Shown here: positions 48,361-62,095 of the stretch, in pieces | How positions within the stretch are numbered: the stretch's first letter is position 1 | Layout: each line of letters begins with the position of its first letter | Origin: Octopus vulgaris | Taxonomy: Eukaryota | Direction of reading: 5' to 3' | NCBI GenBank assembly: GCA_951406725.2 | Contig: OX597820.1 | Coordinates: 13,516,001 to 13,580,000 of the forward strand | DNA: 64,000 bases | Made by a program: the position numbers and the translations under genes | The notes under the pieces: generated by a model | Told to the model about the DNA's origin: nothing | Database searches by the model: none | Seen by the model: the letters and a program-made list of their open reading frames with translations, nothing else

Positions 48361-51332
48361 AACTTAGAATAACTTAGAAAGGTTTTTGGCCAGTATTGGC
48401 CCAGGCCATGTCTAACTTAATAGCACCACCTGGCGAAGTCTTTCAGTTCAGGATTTGGGCACCAAGGCCCATTCGAGCAGAGAGTTATTGTTTGCGGAGA
48501 CATATCCGGGTGTGGGTGGTTTGTCCGGTACTGTTTGAAGGAATTTGTCCAAAGACTTCTTGAATTTTGTGTGGTCAGTTTCTTTTTTGACGTGTCCTGG
48601 TGTAATGTTGAAGAGAGCAGGTCCAATTGAGGTGAAATAGTTGTGCCGTATTGTCGTTATGTGATGCGATTTAGATTTTTGTTGTGGACGGATGGCACGT
48701 GGTCCAAGCCTTGGATGCATTTTGAAGGTGATGCCAACATCATTCGGACAGTGCTGATGGAATATTTTCCACATCATACAGATAATGTAGCGTTCACGGC
48801 GTCGTTGGAGTGAATACAATTTCAGCTTCTCTAGTCTACCCCAGTAGTCAAGGTCTGACATGCCATCTATCTTTTTTGTGATTGACCTTTGGGGAGCTTC
48901 AATTCTCATAATATTTTGTTTTGTGTAGGGAGACCACAGTGGACAGCAGTATTCAAGGTGGGGTCGGGCAAAAGTGGAGAAGAGAAGGATAATAGCGTGG
49001 GAATCTCTCGACTGGAAGGTTCTGAGAATCCAGGAACACATTCTGCGGGCCATGTCAACTTTGCTGCTTATATGTGTAGCCCAGCTTATGTTGTTGTCCA
49101 CTGTTACTCCCAGGTCTCTGATGTTGTTGGATGCCATGAGAATTTCTCCAGAAGGAAGAGAGTATGGGAGTTTCAGAGCGTCCTCCCTTCCAAAGTGGAT
49201 CAGTTCGAATTTGTCTTCATTTAGCAACATGTTATTCTTTTCCGCCCATTGGACAACAGCCAGTAGGTCTGACTGAAGGTTTATTCGGTCATCCACGCCA
49301 TTGATGACCTTCTGGAGCTTGGAATCATCAGCGAAGGTTCTGATGTTGCTGTGTTTGATGGTGTCAGTAATATCATTTATGTAGATGATGAAGAGAAGTG
49401 GGCCCAACACAGTGCCTTGTGGGACACCACTGCTGACTTTGGCTGGGCTGGATTTGACTCCTTCGACTACAACATGTTGGGTTCTGTTAGACAGGAAGCA
49501 CTTGATCCACTGCAGCAGCTTTCCAGTGACACCAATATTGGACAGCTTTCTCAGAAGGATCTTATGATCAACCCTGTCAAAGGCCTTGCTGAAATCAAGG
49601 TAGATGACATCAGTGTTGGAACCTTCTCCCAAGGCTCTCAAAATGTCATCAAAATGATGCAGTAGCTGCGTCAGGCAATCTCTCCCATTACGGAATCCAT
49701 GCTGGTTGGGGTTCAGCATATTATGACTCTCAAGGAAGTGAGTCATACGCGATCTCAACACCCTCTCAAATACCTTGATGATATGAGAGGTGAGTGAGAT
49801 TCGACGGTAATTCACGGCAAGCGATTTGTTTCCTTTTTGAAAACTGGGACAACAGACTGGGATAGAAGGTCTTCTGGTATATATCCAGCATCCAGTGAGT
49901 TCCGCCACAGATTGGCTAGAGGGGGTGCAAGTTGGTTTTGACACATCTTCAAGACACAAGCAGAGAACCTATCGGGACCTACTGCTGAATTATGCTTCAT
50001 TTCCTTTATTGCTGCTAAGACATCAGGGGCACCAAATGTTATGTCCGATAAAGTGTATTGGGGAGTAACATCACTGATACAGCCCAGATCAGTCATATCA
50101 GGATTGCTGAAAACAGAGCAATATTGTTTCTGCAATATCTCTCCCATGGTTTGGCATTGTCTTGAAGAGTACCATTTTCATCAATCAGAGGGCCAACAGT
50201 AGAACCAGTGACTCTGTGTTTTTTTGCAAATGAAAAGAACACTTTGGGATTGAGTTTGATCTTCTCAATGGCCTAGGCCTCTTCAGCTCTTCTTAGACAT
50301 CATGTTGTTTTGGAGTTTATGTTTTTTAATCTCTAGCGACGAGATGGCAGTCAGGTTGGTGTGTTGCTGTTGACAGTATTTCAGCATGTTGATCTTTTTG
50401 TTAATTCTTTTAATTTTCCTTATGAGAGATTTTCTATTTCTAGGGATTCGACACTTAGATTTGTTTGCAGATCTTAATGGGGTGTGTCTTACACATATGT
50501 TCGTGATGGTGTCTACAAGTGACTGCCAGGACTTTTTGATGTTAGTGGGTGTGTATGTGTGCGTGAAGGACCAATCGACTTGTGCAAGATCATTATTGAT
50601 CGCTTCCCAGTTTGCATTGTGGAAATCCATAGTGTCAAATGGATGAACAGGAGGGATGACATTTGTTTTGCATTTTGGCCAGTGAAATCTCAGATCACAG
50701 AGAACCATGTCATGGTCGGAGAGTAGGGTTTTCTCCACTGCAATATTGTGGATAGTATCAGTGTGATTGCTGAAAATTAAGTCTAAGACGTTTTTGTGAC
50801 ATCTCGATGGTTCGAGTACCAGTTGGGACAGGAAGAAATCATCCATGAAGTCAAGAAGCGATTCCACTGCCTCCCTGTCAGGGGTTGAGAGAGAAGAACC
50901 TGGCGGCAGACTGTTTGTAGACCAGTCAACCCCGGGAAGGTTGAAGTCTCCCATCATTAAAATGTTGTCAGGTTGACACTGCTGAATGAAACACTTTATG
51001 CTGTTGAGGCATTCCTTGAAGCATGGTAGGGGCGTTTGGGGTGGTCTGTAGAACCCAACTACTGTTAAGTTGTTGGTTTGACTGAATACAGCGACTGCTT
51101 CGCAGTATCCATTGGAAAATATGTTCATGGCTTCTGTTGAGAATGAATCATGGACATAAATGGCAGTCCCACCCTTTCTTCTGCCAGCACGATCAGCACG
51201 AATGGTTTTGAAATTTTTAACTTTCACCTCGGCTTCCAAGTGGAGGTCACTAAGATGGGTTTCAGTGAGGACGAAGAAAGGGATGTGGTTTGGATGGGCC
51301 TCGACCCAGTCCTCCAGGAATCTTATCTTCCA
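48361..51332 (-). mobile_element. CR1-group LINE, nearly complete ORF2 plus 3' UTR, between TA tracts
   Basis: APE and RT domains; 3' end with a duplicated TTCTAAGTT; 5' end cut just inside APE. Confidence 0.9.
48448..51332 (-). pseudogene. ORF2 (APE + reverse transcriptase) with about 3 frameshifts
   Basis: TETH, GGTAIYV, YRPP, GDFN, LDL, SDH; NYRRISLTS, QHGFR, YLDFSKAFD, GVPQGTVLGPLLF, FADD, LEYCCPLWSP. Confidence 0.92.
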
Positions 51333-51399
51333 TTTTTTGTATATTTATATATATAAAAGTATATACATTTTTTTATATTTATATATATTTATATTTTTA

Positions 51400-51467
<68 letters not shown>

Positions 51468-51493
51468 TATATATATATATATATATAATATAC

Positions 51494-51538
<45 letters not shown>

Positions 51539-51623
51539 TTAGAGACAAAACCACTATTTTGCAAAACAAACAAGGAAAGACTTAATCAATACATAAAATT
51601 TTAATAAAAAGTCAAAAAAACCG

Positions 51624-51666
51624 CCACTACAATTGTTTCTTGTCTTGATCGACAATCTTCAGGTGG
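51624..51666 (-). ncRNA. Minimal hammerhead ribozyme (left arm)
   Basis: Exact reverse complement of 51713-51755. Confidence 0.82.
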
Positions 51667-51712
51667 ACTTCCAATAAGTCAGTTTCAAATTTGAAACTGA
51701 CTTATTGGAAGT

Positions 51713-51755
51713 CCACCTGAAGATTGTCGATCAAGACAAGAAACAATTGTAGTGG
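51713..51755 (+). ncRNA. Minimal hammerhead ribozyme (right arm)
   Basis: CCAC-CTGAAGA-TTGTC-GATCAA-GACAA-GAAAC-AATT-GTA-GTGG. Confidence 0.85.
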
Positions 51756-51926
51756 CGGTTTTTTTTACTTTTATTAAAATTTTATGTATTGATTAAGTCT
51801 TTCCTTGTTTGTTTTGCAAAATAGTGGTTTTGTCTCTAATAATATTATATAATATTTTACTATAAAATTGGATTTAATCCTAAATCTGATTTTTTCCCTG
51901 TAAATTTGGATTTATTCCCTAATATT

Positions 51927-52031
<105 letters not shown>

Positions 52032-52036
52032 CATAC

Positions 52037-52103
<67 letters not shown>

Positions 52104-53089
52104 GTATTAGTGATATTATTAGTCTTAACGCCAAGGTATTTGCAAATGAAAACAATATACTAAACACAAACAGGAGCACATACACCCGTGCACACACGCA
52201 CACACACACTCACATACATACACATAGACATGCACAAATAGGAAGAAACATACGAAGCACACGCATATATATACACAGAGCAATAGAGGGGGAATGATAA
52301 AGGGATAGTCGGAACACGACGGATCAATTGTGTGGATAGGTCAATAAGTACGTACATTTAAGAACTTTGCAATAAATAAAAATTAAATACGACTTTTTTT
52401 CTATTAATCTTCTCTCTTCGCTCTTTTACGCCATATGGTCTCAACTCTCCCCCCTTTTCATCTAACCTCCCCGACTCCTACTTCTCTTCAGTCCTTCATC
52501 TTTTCACCCCTACTCTCTTCCCCTCCTCTTCCCCTCCTCTTCCCCTCCTCTTCCCCTCCTCTTCCCTTCTTTCCCTTCTTCCCTCTTCTTTCTTCTTCCC
52601 TCTTCCCCTTCTCTCTTTCTCTCTGATCCCTCACTCCCCTTCTCTCCCCCTCCCCTCCTCTCCCTCTCCCCTCACCTCCTTGTCCTCCTCTCCTGCCTTC
52701 TCCTCTCCCTCTCCCCTCTCCCTCTCATCTCCTCTCACCCCTCACCCCCCCCTCTCTCTTCTCTCCCCCTCTCACTCTCCCCACAACCCCCACTCTACCC
52801 CAACCCCCAGCCGAACCCACACCCCTCATGGGCTTTCCCCACTCTCGCCCCCCACCTCCCCACAACATCACACCACACTACACTACACCATACGACATTA
52901 CACATCACATCATACATACATACACACGTCCAGACCACCAGCCCTCTTTCACACGCACATACATACTCTCTTATACACACACGCACCTTCATGTTGGGGC
53001 AAGGTCACTTGACCCTGTTATCTCCCCTACTATCCCTCTAGCGTCTAACGTCTGACCTCTGATCTCTGACTTCTGCCTGAAATCAGAAC

Positions 53090-53285
53090 GCCATGTTGGA
53101 CCGTTAGCTCCTACACGCATTTTCTCTCCTTGTTTCTTTTCTGTGTATCTTTCTGTCGAAGAGCGTAGGCTCGAAACGTAAAAGACTTGTTTTATTTCTA
53201 TTCCTGAGCGCCATACTAATACATTTGTTTGTTTGTACTCCACCTGCCTTCGTCTTTTGTTTATTTTCGTAAACCTTCCCGTTTT
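53090..53285 (+). mobile_element. PLE pLTR-like repeat with variant hammerhead-like motif (53149-53184)
   Basis: CTTT-CTGTCGAA-GAGC-GTAG-GCTC-GAAACGTA-AAAG; related copy at 59150-59340. Confidence 0.55.
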
Positions 53286-54130
53286 TTTTCTATTAACCTT
53301 TTTCCTCGTAATTCCTTAATTTTGAATTCAAATTTGAAATTTCACGTACACAAATATAGATATGCGAATATATGAACTTACGTATACATACATATGGCTG
53401 TATACATACAGAAAGAAGTTATATACTCATGTATGTATGTATGTATGTATGTATGTATGTATGTATGTATGCATGTATGTATGTATGTATGTATGTATGT
53501 ATACATGTATGTATGCATACATCAATATCGCTGCTATGTGCAACATATATATATATATATTATTCATTTATATTACGTCAAAATACAAAGACAAGCGAGA
53601 TATACTGAAAATATTTATGTGTATATGTATATATAATATATATGTATATATATGTATATTTGTGTGTATAAAACGTAAATAAACATAAATACGCACAAAC
53701 GTTAACGCATATATTGACACGCACACACCCGTTATTTATATTCTTTCATAATTGAATACATTTTTTTCCTTTTATTACAAACGTCAACATATCAAACGAT
53801 GTATGGACATTGAAACTTGCGGACACATGAATCTGTAAAATGTAAAGACTTGCTTTTGCTTATCTTTTACTTCACTCTTTCGCAACGTAACACCAATATT
53901 CAAAATTCGCCCATGTAGTTGGAAATGTGTGTGTTTGTGTGCGCGTGTAATCAATGTGTGTGTGTGTGCTTGTGTCTGTCTGATGAATGTATTGTTTCCT
54001 TTGTGTGCTTTGTATGTGATAACCCAAAAATTTCACAATACACGTTTTATACCAGTGCAGAGATATAAAATATATATTCACATAAATGTGTGTCACTTAT
54101 CTGCAAACATCTTTTGAAAGATGCATATGG

Positions 54131-54177
<47 letters not shown>

Positions 54178-54184
54178 CACTTGC

Positions 54185-54228
<44 letters not shown>

Positions 54229-54429
54229 GACAGCTATGTTAAATACACATGCAACATTTTATTGATTTAATAAAAATTTTTTCTTTTCTCTCAAATAATT
54301 CAAACTTCGACGTTCGGAGAATTTTGTCTTTTAAACGTTCGATAATCTGATATTTAAATCATTTGAAATTTGACCTCTTTGCGTTCAGTGTTATGATCAA
54401 CACCATCCTCGGAACACACACCTACATGA

Positions 54430-55054
54430 TGCACAAACATTCACACACACACACACATACACACATGCACACCTATACACACTCGTCCTCAACAAGTATA
54501 CACATTCATACACGTTTTCATAAACACATTCAGTCAGGCACAGGTTCACACACATTTTCTCACACACACATTCTCAAACATACATACCTATACTCAAGCA
54601 CAAGTGTTATACACACACTCATATGTATACACACACAAACAACCACACCCATACATACGCATACACACTTTTTCATACATCCATGCACACACATGTATAT
54701 ACACTCACACACACACAGTTTCAACAAACACACATATATATATATAGACACACACACACACACATACTCATATGTACACCTATACACACTCGTCCTCAAC
54801 CAGTATACACATTCATACACGTTTTCATAAACACATTCAGTCAGGCACAGGTTCACACACATTCTCAAACATACATACCTATACTCAAGCACAAGTGTTA
54901 TACACACACTCATGTGTATACATACACAAACAACCACACCCATACATACGCATACAAACTTTTTCATACATCCATGCACACACATGTATATACACTCACA
55001 CACACACAGTTTCAACAAACGCACGTACACACATATACACACACACACATACAT

Positions 55055-55070
<16 letters not shown>
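54430..55070. repeat. CA-rich low-complexity segment duplicated in tandem (~300-bp period)
   Basis: CACCTATACACACTCGTCCTCAAC..CAGTCAGGCACAGGTTCAC occurs at ~54468 and ~54777. Confidence 0.8.
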
Positions 55071-55093
<23 letters not shown>

Positions 55094-55439
55094 GATAGAG
55101 AGAGAGAGAGAGACTCATATACACACACTGACATATACACCACATACTACATCATTATGCATTGTTCAAAAATTTTTTTTTTTTTTTTTTCATCTTTTGA
55201 AAGTTCAGAAAATAATTATTGTTTCGCTTCATTCTAATTATGTTTTGTTTATTGGAAGTTTTATCAAAGACTAATACTGATGTGGTGATGACTGTTTGTA
55301 GTTGTTGTTGTGGTTGCTGTTGTAGTTGTAATTGATACTGCTGTTGTCTTCTTGTTCATCTTCTTCTTCCAATCAGGACTCACGCCATTAGCCACACATA
55401 ATAATCTCTAATTCGAGCCTACTCTAAGCTACTAAAAAT

Positions 55440-55835
55440 GCGTGCGGCAACTTGAAGATCCACCCACCACACGCGATAGACTGGCGGTTGCACGGGTGCG
55501 AAAGCTACGTTGTTACCTCATTCCGTAAACGGTGGCTTTTAACGGGTGGAGAGCTGAACCATCCTGGGGTACAGAGGATTCGCAATCTAGAATTGGGTCT
55601 GAAAGTTTACCACACCATAGTGGGTTACACCAGGGTTCCTCTGCTTTGAGGCAGAAGTAGGAAGAAAGAGTGAGAGAAAGTTGTGGTGAAAGAGTACAGC
55701 GGGGTTGACCACCCCACCCCCGCCGGAGCCTCCTGGAACTTAGAGTTTTTTGCTGAATAAACACTCACAAATCAAAACAGCGTTCTTACGACCGCGAGTC
55801 CGCTGTCCTAACCACTGGGCCATTGCACCCCCACT
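55440..55835 (-). mobile_element. Variant of the third SINE family with a different 3' body
   Basis: 55655-55835 matches 18715-18903; 55440-55650 does not. Confidence 0.6.
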
Positions 55836-55899
55836 GCTGCTGTTTTTGTTGTGGATTGAAACCATTGTGAGAGAGTTGGGAAAAAACGCTTTACGGTTT

Positions 55900-56890
55900 T
55901 TATTCTGTGTTCAAATCCCATCGAAGTCGACTCTACTATTCATACCTTCGGGGTCAATAAAATGAAATACTAATCAAGGGGTCGATGTAACGACTAATAA
56001 CCTCCCTTCAAAATTATGGCCCTTACACCTAAACTGAATTCAAATTTTGGTACAAGGCCAGCAATTTGAGGGAAGCGGTAAGTCGATTACATCGATCCCA
56101 GAGTTCGACTGGGACTTATTTTATCGACCCCGAAAGGTTGAAAAGTAAAGTCGACCTGAGTGGAATTTGAACTCAGAACGAAAAGTGGGACGAAATGCAA
56201 CTAATTATTTCGTCCGGCGTGCTAACGATGTTGCCGCTTTGCTGCTTTAGTCTTACACCTAAATTGAGACAATTATCATAATTAATTAATTTATTATGTT
56301 GTTTCCTTAATATTTGTTTTATATGTTCTGTATGATTTTTATCGTATTGTTTTAATTGATTTATTTGTTTTTATTTGTTTTATCTGTTTTATTTTGTTCG
56401 TTTACTTGTTTTGCTGGCCGTTGATTTAATTGATAGCCATCAACGAATTTCGCTACCAAGGTGCTATGCTGTGGGCTGAGCCTGGAAACCATGGAACTTT
56501 CCATGTATATATATATATATGGTTTCGGGTTCAATCCCACTGCATGGAACCTTGGGCGAGTGTCTTCTACTATAGCCTTGAGCTGAATGGATTTGGTAGA
56601 CAGAAATGGAAAGAAAACCGAGGTATATATATATATATATAGATAGATAGATAGATAGATAGATGTGTGTGTGTGTCTTTGTGTCTGTGTTTCTTCCCCA
56701 CCACCGCTTGACAACAGGATTGGCGTGTTTACGTCCCCTGTAACTTAACGGTTCGGCAAAAGTGAACCGATAGAATAACTACCACGTTTTAAATAACTAA
56801 GTCCCCGGATCGATTCATTCGACTAAAAATTCTTCAAGGTGTTGCTCCAGCATGGCCGATGTTTAATGACTGAAACAAGTGAAAAATGAA
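55900..56890. mobile_element. Decayed SINE cluster (Meta-like at 55900-56010 plus and 56040-56245 minus; CORE-type at 56520-56890 plus)
   Basis: Recognisable family blocks. Confidence 0.65.
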
Positions 56891-57155
56891 AGATAACATA
56901 TACATATATACATAAAATATTCGGAATAGTATATTAGGACCCAGGAACTATGTCTACCAAAAGTGAACAAAAGTTCTTAGGGGAACAGCGTCTTCCTGAA
57001 CCTGACCTGTGACATTGGTACCATAATTTGGATCAATCAAAATCTTTGGTGACAGTCTTGGCATTCAAAACTTCTGAAGTAATAAATATATATATACATA
57101 TCTATATGCGTGGATGTATGCGTGTACGAGTGTATACGAGTGGGTACAAACATAC

Positions 57156-57196
<41 letters not shown>

Positions 57197-57235
57197 TATA
57201 AATGTATATGGGCATATATGTGTATCTACTTACGC

Positions 57236-57269
<34 letters not shown>

Positions 57270-57474
57270 ACTTACATATATATATATATATATATATGCA
57301 TGCATGTATGTATGTATGTAGATGTATATAGGCGTTTATGTATATCTACATACGCATATATATATATACTCATGTATATATGTATATTTGTATATACGTA
57401 TCTATGTATTTGTATATATTTCTATACATACACCCATATTATATGTATATATATATATATACATATATATATGT

Positions 57475-57514
<40 letters not shown>

Positions 57515-57982
57515 AGATGTATATAGGCGTATATGTGTATCTACATACGCATATATTTATATAAATGTGTACATATACACATGTATATATATATATGTAT
57601 ATTTGTATATATGTATCTATGTATTTGTATATATTTCTATACATATACCTATATTATATGTATATATGTGTGTGTGCGTTTGTATGTATGTACGTATATT
57701 CTCGATATCTGACCTTGCGATCGATCGCTGTCATGAAATAATAAGTCACTGTGACTTGGATACTAGTAATTCTCCGAAAGCAAGATTTCTGTCTTTGCGT
57801 CAATCTCATTCTCAGTCTTTCTCTGCTTTTGTTGAAAATATTTCCTCAGCTTCTTATTACTATATCGAGCAAGACCTACTATATATTTGTAAGTATTACG
57901 CAACGCTCTAGAAGTACAGCGAAAATTATGCAATTAGAATATGAGGAAGTTTCTACAAACGTCACACAGAGTATTTATTCAG

Positions 57983-58305
57983 TAGGCGTAGGAGTGGCTG
58001 TGTGGTAAGCAGCTTGCTTACCAACCACATGGTTCCGGGTTCAGTCCTACTGCGTGGCACCTTGGGCAAGTGACTTCTACTATAGCCTCGGGCCGACCAA
58101 AGCCTTGTGAGTGGATTTGGTAGATGGAAACTGAAAGAAGCCCGCCGTATATATGTATATATATGTATTTATATATATGAATGTGTGTGTTTATGTTTGT
58201 GTGTCTGTGTTGGACCGCCCCAACATTGCTTGACAACCGATTCTGGTGTGTTTACGTCCCCGTAACTTAGCGGTTCGGCAAAGAGACCGATATAATAAGT
58301 ACTTG
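57983..58305 (+). mobile_element. CORE-type SINE, 3' truncated
   Basis: Head AGGCGTAGGAGTGGCTGTGTGG and CORE block GTGGCACCTTGGGCAAGTGACTT. Confidence 0.82.
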
Positions 58306-58647
58306 CCCAAAGTGCGTGAATAGATCCGGATAAGGGACAACAAAGTGGAGAAATGAAATGAAAGAAGATGAAGTAAAATAATGCAGAGTACACTAAAGTT
58401 AGTAGAATCCAAGGAAGTTTAGTTTTCTGTAATAAGTCGGAGGATATAAAAATCTGTGAACACTCACGTATATAAGGGCTTCAACGGGTCGTGGCGTCGT
58501 GGATGTAAAAGTCTGAAAAGTTTTAAAGGCTAAATTCTTTTCAAAAGTTTAAGGATGCGCATAAGGTTTGTGGATATAGAAGTGAGTATAAAAGTAGATA
58601 GCAAGGTAGGTGGATAGACAGACAGAGAGGTAGGTAGGTAGGTATGC

Positions 58648-58686
<39 letters not shown>

Positions 58687-58689
58687 CAG

Positions 58690-59095
58690 ACACTTTCCTT
58701 TTCAAGTGATACTTGAAGAAGTTGATGAGAGATTGACCAGAGAGGAAAGTGTTTGTCTCTAATCCTTTCAGATGCGTCCACCAGATACATTCTTTCGCCA
58801 TAGCCACAAGTATTATAATAGCTCTTCCTTCCCGTTTGAAGGAAGGAAGCGTGACGATATTGACGATAGACTTGGCTGATAAACCGACTCGTCCCACACG
58901 TGACAGCAGTCGTTCGACACTGGTTGGACACTGCACGACTGATTGCAGAACGGTTTCGTCGCTCTGACCACATCTCGGGCAGGTCGGCCCCGTGTTTCTC
59001 GAACCGTGTCTGCAGAGCTTATCCCGAACGGGTAGCGCTTCTCGGCAGCACTGCCAGGCCAGGGATCTCTGATAATAAGTGTTCCCATGCCGGGA
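58690..59095 (-). pseudogene. Tx1-like ORF2 C-terminal (zf-RVT-like) fragment between GATA repeats
   Basis: RSLAWQCCREALPVRDKL..TCPRCGQSDETVLQ..AKECIWWT..FFKYHLKRK; homologous to 5450-5870. Confidence 0.75.
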
Positions 59096-59149
59096 ATCGA
59101 ACTAGATAGATGGAATGGCTAGATAGGTAGACACATACACCGATATATA

Positions 59150-59340
59150 TATGTTGGACCACTGACCTCAACACATTTTTTTTCATTCTCTCTCTGTTTA
59201 TCTTCTCTTATTCCTTTCTGTTAAAGAGCGTAGGCTCGAAACGTAAAAGACTTTTCTATTTTTCCCGAGCGTCAAACTAATTCATTTGCTTGTTGTTCCT
59301 ACACCTGTCTTCGTTTTTGTTTTTCTATAAATTTGAACTA
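59150..59340 (+). mobile_element. Second copy of the pLTR-like repeat (hammerhead-like motif 59214-59249)
   Basis: CTTT-CTGTTAAA-GAGCGTAGGCTC-GAAACGTA-AAAG. Confidence 0.5.
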
Positions 59341-59349
59341 TATATGCAT

Positions 59350-59380
<31 letters not shown>

Positions 59381-59612
59381 AAATTTTTTATGACCTACAT
59401 TTGAGCGAGAGGAAAATATTGGGACGTTACCAGGTTTTGCAAGTATGTTTTTCTTTGTTGTTTGTGGTGTTGTTGCTGCCGCCACCACCGCTGCTGCTGC
59501 TACTGTTGTTGTTATTCTTCTTCTTCTTCTTGCAGTTGTTGCTCAACTGCCGTGAATGATGTACGTTACGAAAAAGAGAAAAGCAGGTCGAAAAAAAGAT
59601 TGATTTGGGTGG

Positions 59613-59657
<45 letters not shown>

Positions 59658-60127
59658 GAGAAACAGTGCACAGCATGCTTACTGTTCGGCATATCGATAC
59701 GCATGCGCAGATTCGACCTGCAGGAGTGGTTCCGCTCAACCTAAATATGAATGTATGCCACGCCACGAATATTAGTAACACAATCGAACCGTAGACGTTT
59801 AGAACACACCTTTACTCCTCTATGTGAGCGGGGGCGTAAGTGATTGCATATGCATGTGTGTGTATCTGTGGTGTGTGTTTTTGCATGTGTGTGTGTGTGT
59901 GTTTATGCGGATGTGTATGTATTTGCGAGTCTATGTATGTCTGAGTGGGGTTTTTTTATGTGCGTACAGTGGAAACGGTCATGGATGGGTGGAAATATTG
60001 TGCGGTAATTTATGAATGACCTGAAGGATGTGAAGGAGAGGAGGAAACTGATGTCACATTTATAAAATGGCATTTGCTTCGTTCCGAAAATACAAATCAG
60101 CAGAGACTATAATGGTGCGGATATATG

Positions 60128-60189
<62 letters not shown>

Positions 60190-61210
60190 CGTGTGTGTGT
60201 GTATGTGTGTGTAAACGTGTGTGTATATGTGTGTGTGCGTGCGTGTATGTGTGCAGGTGTGTGTGTGTGCATGCGTGTGTGTGTGCGCATGTGTGTATGT
60301 GTTCGTGTGTGCGTGTTTGTGTGCGTGTATGTGAGAGTGTGCGTGTGTTTGTATGCGTGTGTGTGTGTGCCTGTGCGTGTGCGCTCTTGTGTGTTCGTGC
60401 GTGTGTGTGCATGTGCATGTGTGTATGTGTGTGTTTGTGTGTATGTGTGTGTTTGTGTGTATGTGAGTGTATGTGTGTGTGCGTTCATGTGTGCGTGTGT
60501 GTGTGTACGTGTGCGTGTGCATGTGTGTGCGTGTGCATGTGTGTGCGTGTGTGTATGTGTCCGTGTGTGTATGTGCGTGTGTGTAAGTTCTGTTGTATTT
60601 GTAATTATTTGCAGCCTTCCTCTAAGCAAGGCGCTGGTTTCGAACAAAGATACACATTTCCATTGTTGGAATCTGCAGAGAACAGAAGACAATGTCACAT
60701 TTTCACCTTGGCACTGTTTGCCATACTTTCACTTTCCAGTTCGCAGATTGGATTCGGAATGTGCGAGGTGGCTGCTTCATCTACGTTCCTATGTATGCAT
60801 GTATGTATGTATGTATGTATGTATGTATGTATGTATGTATGTATGTGTATCTATGTATGTTTATATGTATGTATGTATGTACGTATGTACGTATGTATGT
60901 ATGTATGTATGTATGTGTGTATGCATGTATGTATGTATGTATGTGTGTATGTATGTATGTATGTTTGTATGTATGTATGTATGTATGTATGTATGTATGT
61001 ATGTATGTATGTATTTATGTACGTATGTACGTATATACATATGTACGTATGTATGTATGTATGTACGCACGCACGTATGTATGTACGTATGTGCGTATGT
61101 ATGTATGTACTATATATGTATGTATGTACGTATGCACTACGTATATATGTATGTATATATGTGTGTATGTATGTATTATGTTTTATGTATGTATGTCGTA
61201 TGTATGTCTG
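60128..61210. repeat. (TG)n-rich and (TATG)n microsatellites around a 200-bp unique island
   Basis: Direct reading. Confidence 0.9.
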
Positions 61211-61333
61211 CCTGAACATTCTCTCCTGTTTTTTTAATTATTTGTTAGATACCATCTCCTTGGAGGAAAATTTCAAATAATTAAAAATACAAGGGAACAT
61301 GTATATATGTGTGTATGTGTCTGTGTGTCTGCG

Positions 61334-61363
<30 letters not shown>

Positions 61364-61368
<5 letters not shown>

Positions 61369-61655
61369 GTGTACTTTTAAACACAAGAGAAAACTACCTT
61401 TAACAGGAAATTTTTACACGCTAGAATAAGCAGTCAAAACGACCAAAACCGCATTTAAGGGCAATTGCTCTTAAATGTGGTTTTGGTCGTTTTGACTGCT
61501 TCTTCTACCATGTAAAAATTACCTGTTAAAAGTAGTTTTCTCTTGTGTTTAAATGTACACTATTTTATATTGAGAATATGTTGTCTATTGCCTTTTGATA
61601 CATGACAGGCCACTGGTGGTGAAATTTCTAAATATATTCGCCATCACATATATTT
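61364..61655. repeat. 200-bp fold-back (61364-61565) with ~85-bp right extension
   Basis: Arms AAATAGTGTAC..ACACAAGAGAAAACTAC..GCAGTCAAAACGACCAAAACC; centre GCAATTGC; (TA)n on the left. Confidence 0.85.
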
Positions 61656-61659
61656 TACG

Positions 61660-61887
61660 TACTCTCTTTTACTCTTTTACTTGTTTCAGTCATTTGACTA
61701 CGGCCATGCTGGAGCACCACCTTTAGTCGTGCAAATCGACCCCGGGACTTATTCTTTTTAAGCCCAGTACTTATTTTATCGGTCTCTTTTGCCGAACCGC
61801 TAAGTGACGGGGACGTAAACACACCAGCATCGGTTGTCAAGCAATGCTAGGGGGACAAACGCAGACACACAAACATATACACACACA

Positions 61888-61937
<50 letters not shown>

Positions 61938-62095
61938 TACGACAGGCTTCTTTCAGTTTCCGTCTACCAAATCCACTCACAAGGCATTGGTCAGCCCGGG
62001 GCTATAGCAGAAGACACTTGCCCAAGATGCCACGCAGTGGGACTGAACCCGAAACCATGTTGTTGGTTAGCAAGCTACTTACCACACAGCCACAC
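61660..62095 (-). mobile_element. CORE-type SINE
   Basis: Full reverse-complement copy. Confidence 0.85.

Noticed and set aside
46931-48372. 420-480 aa ORFs, and the many other YI/CV/HT-rich ORFs in the track
   Set aside because: They are translations of TA/TG/TATG microsatellites.
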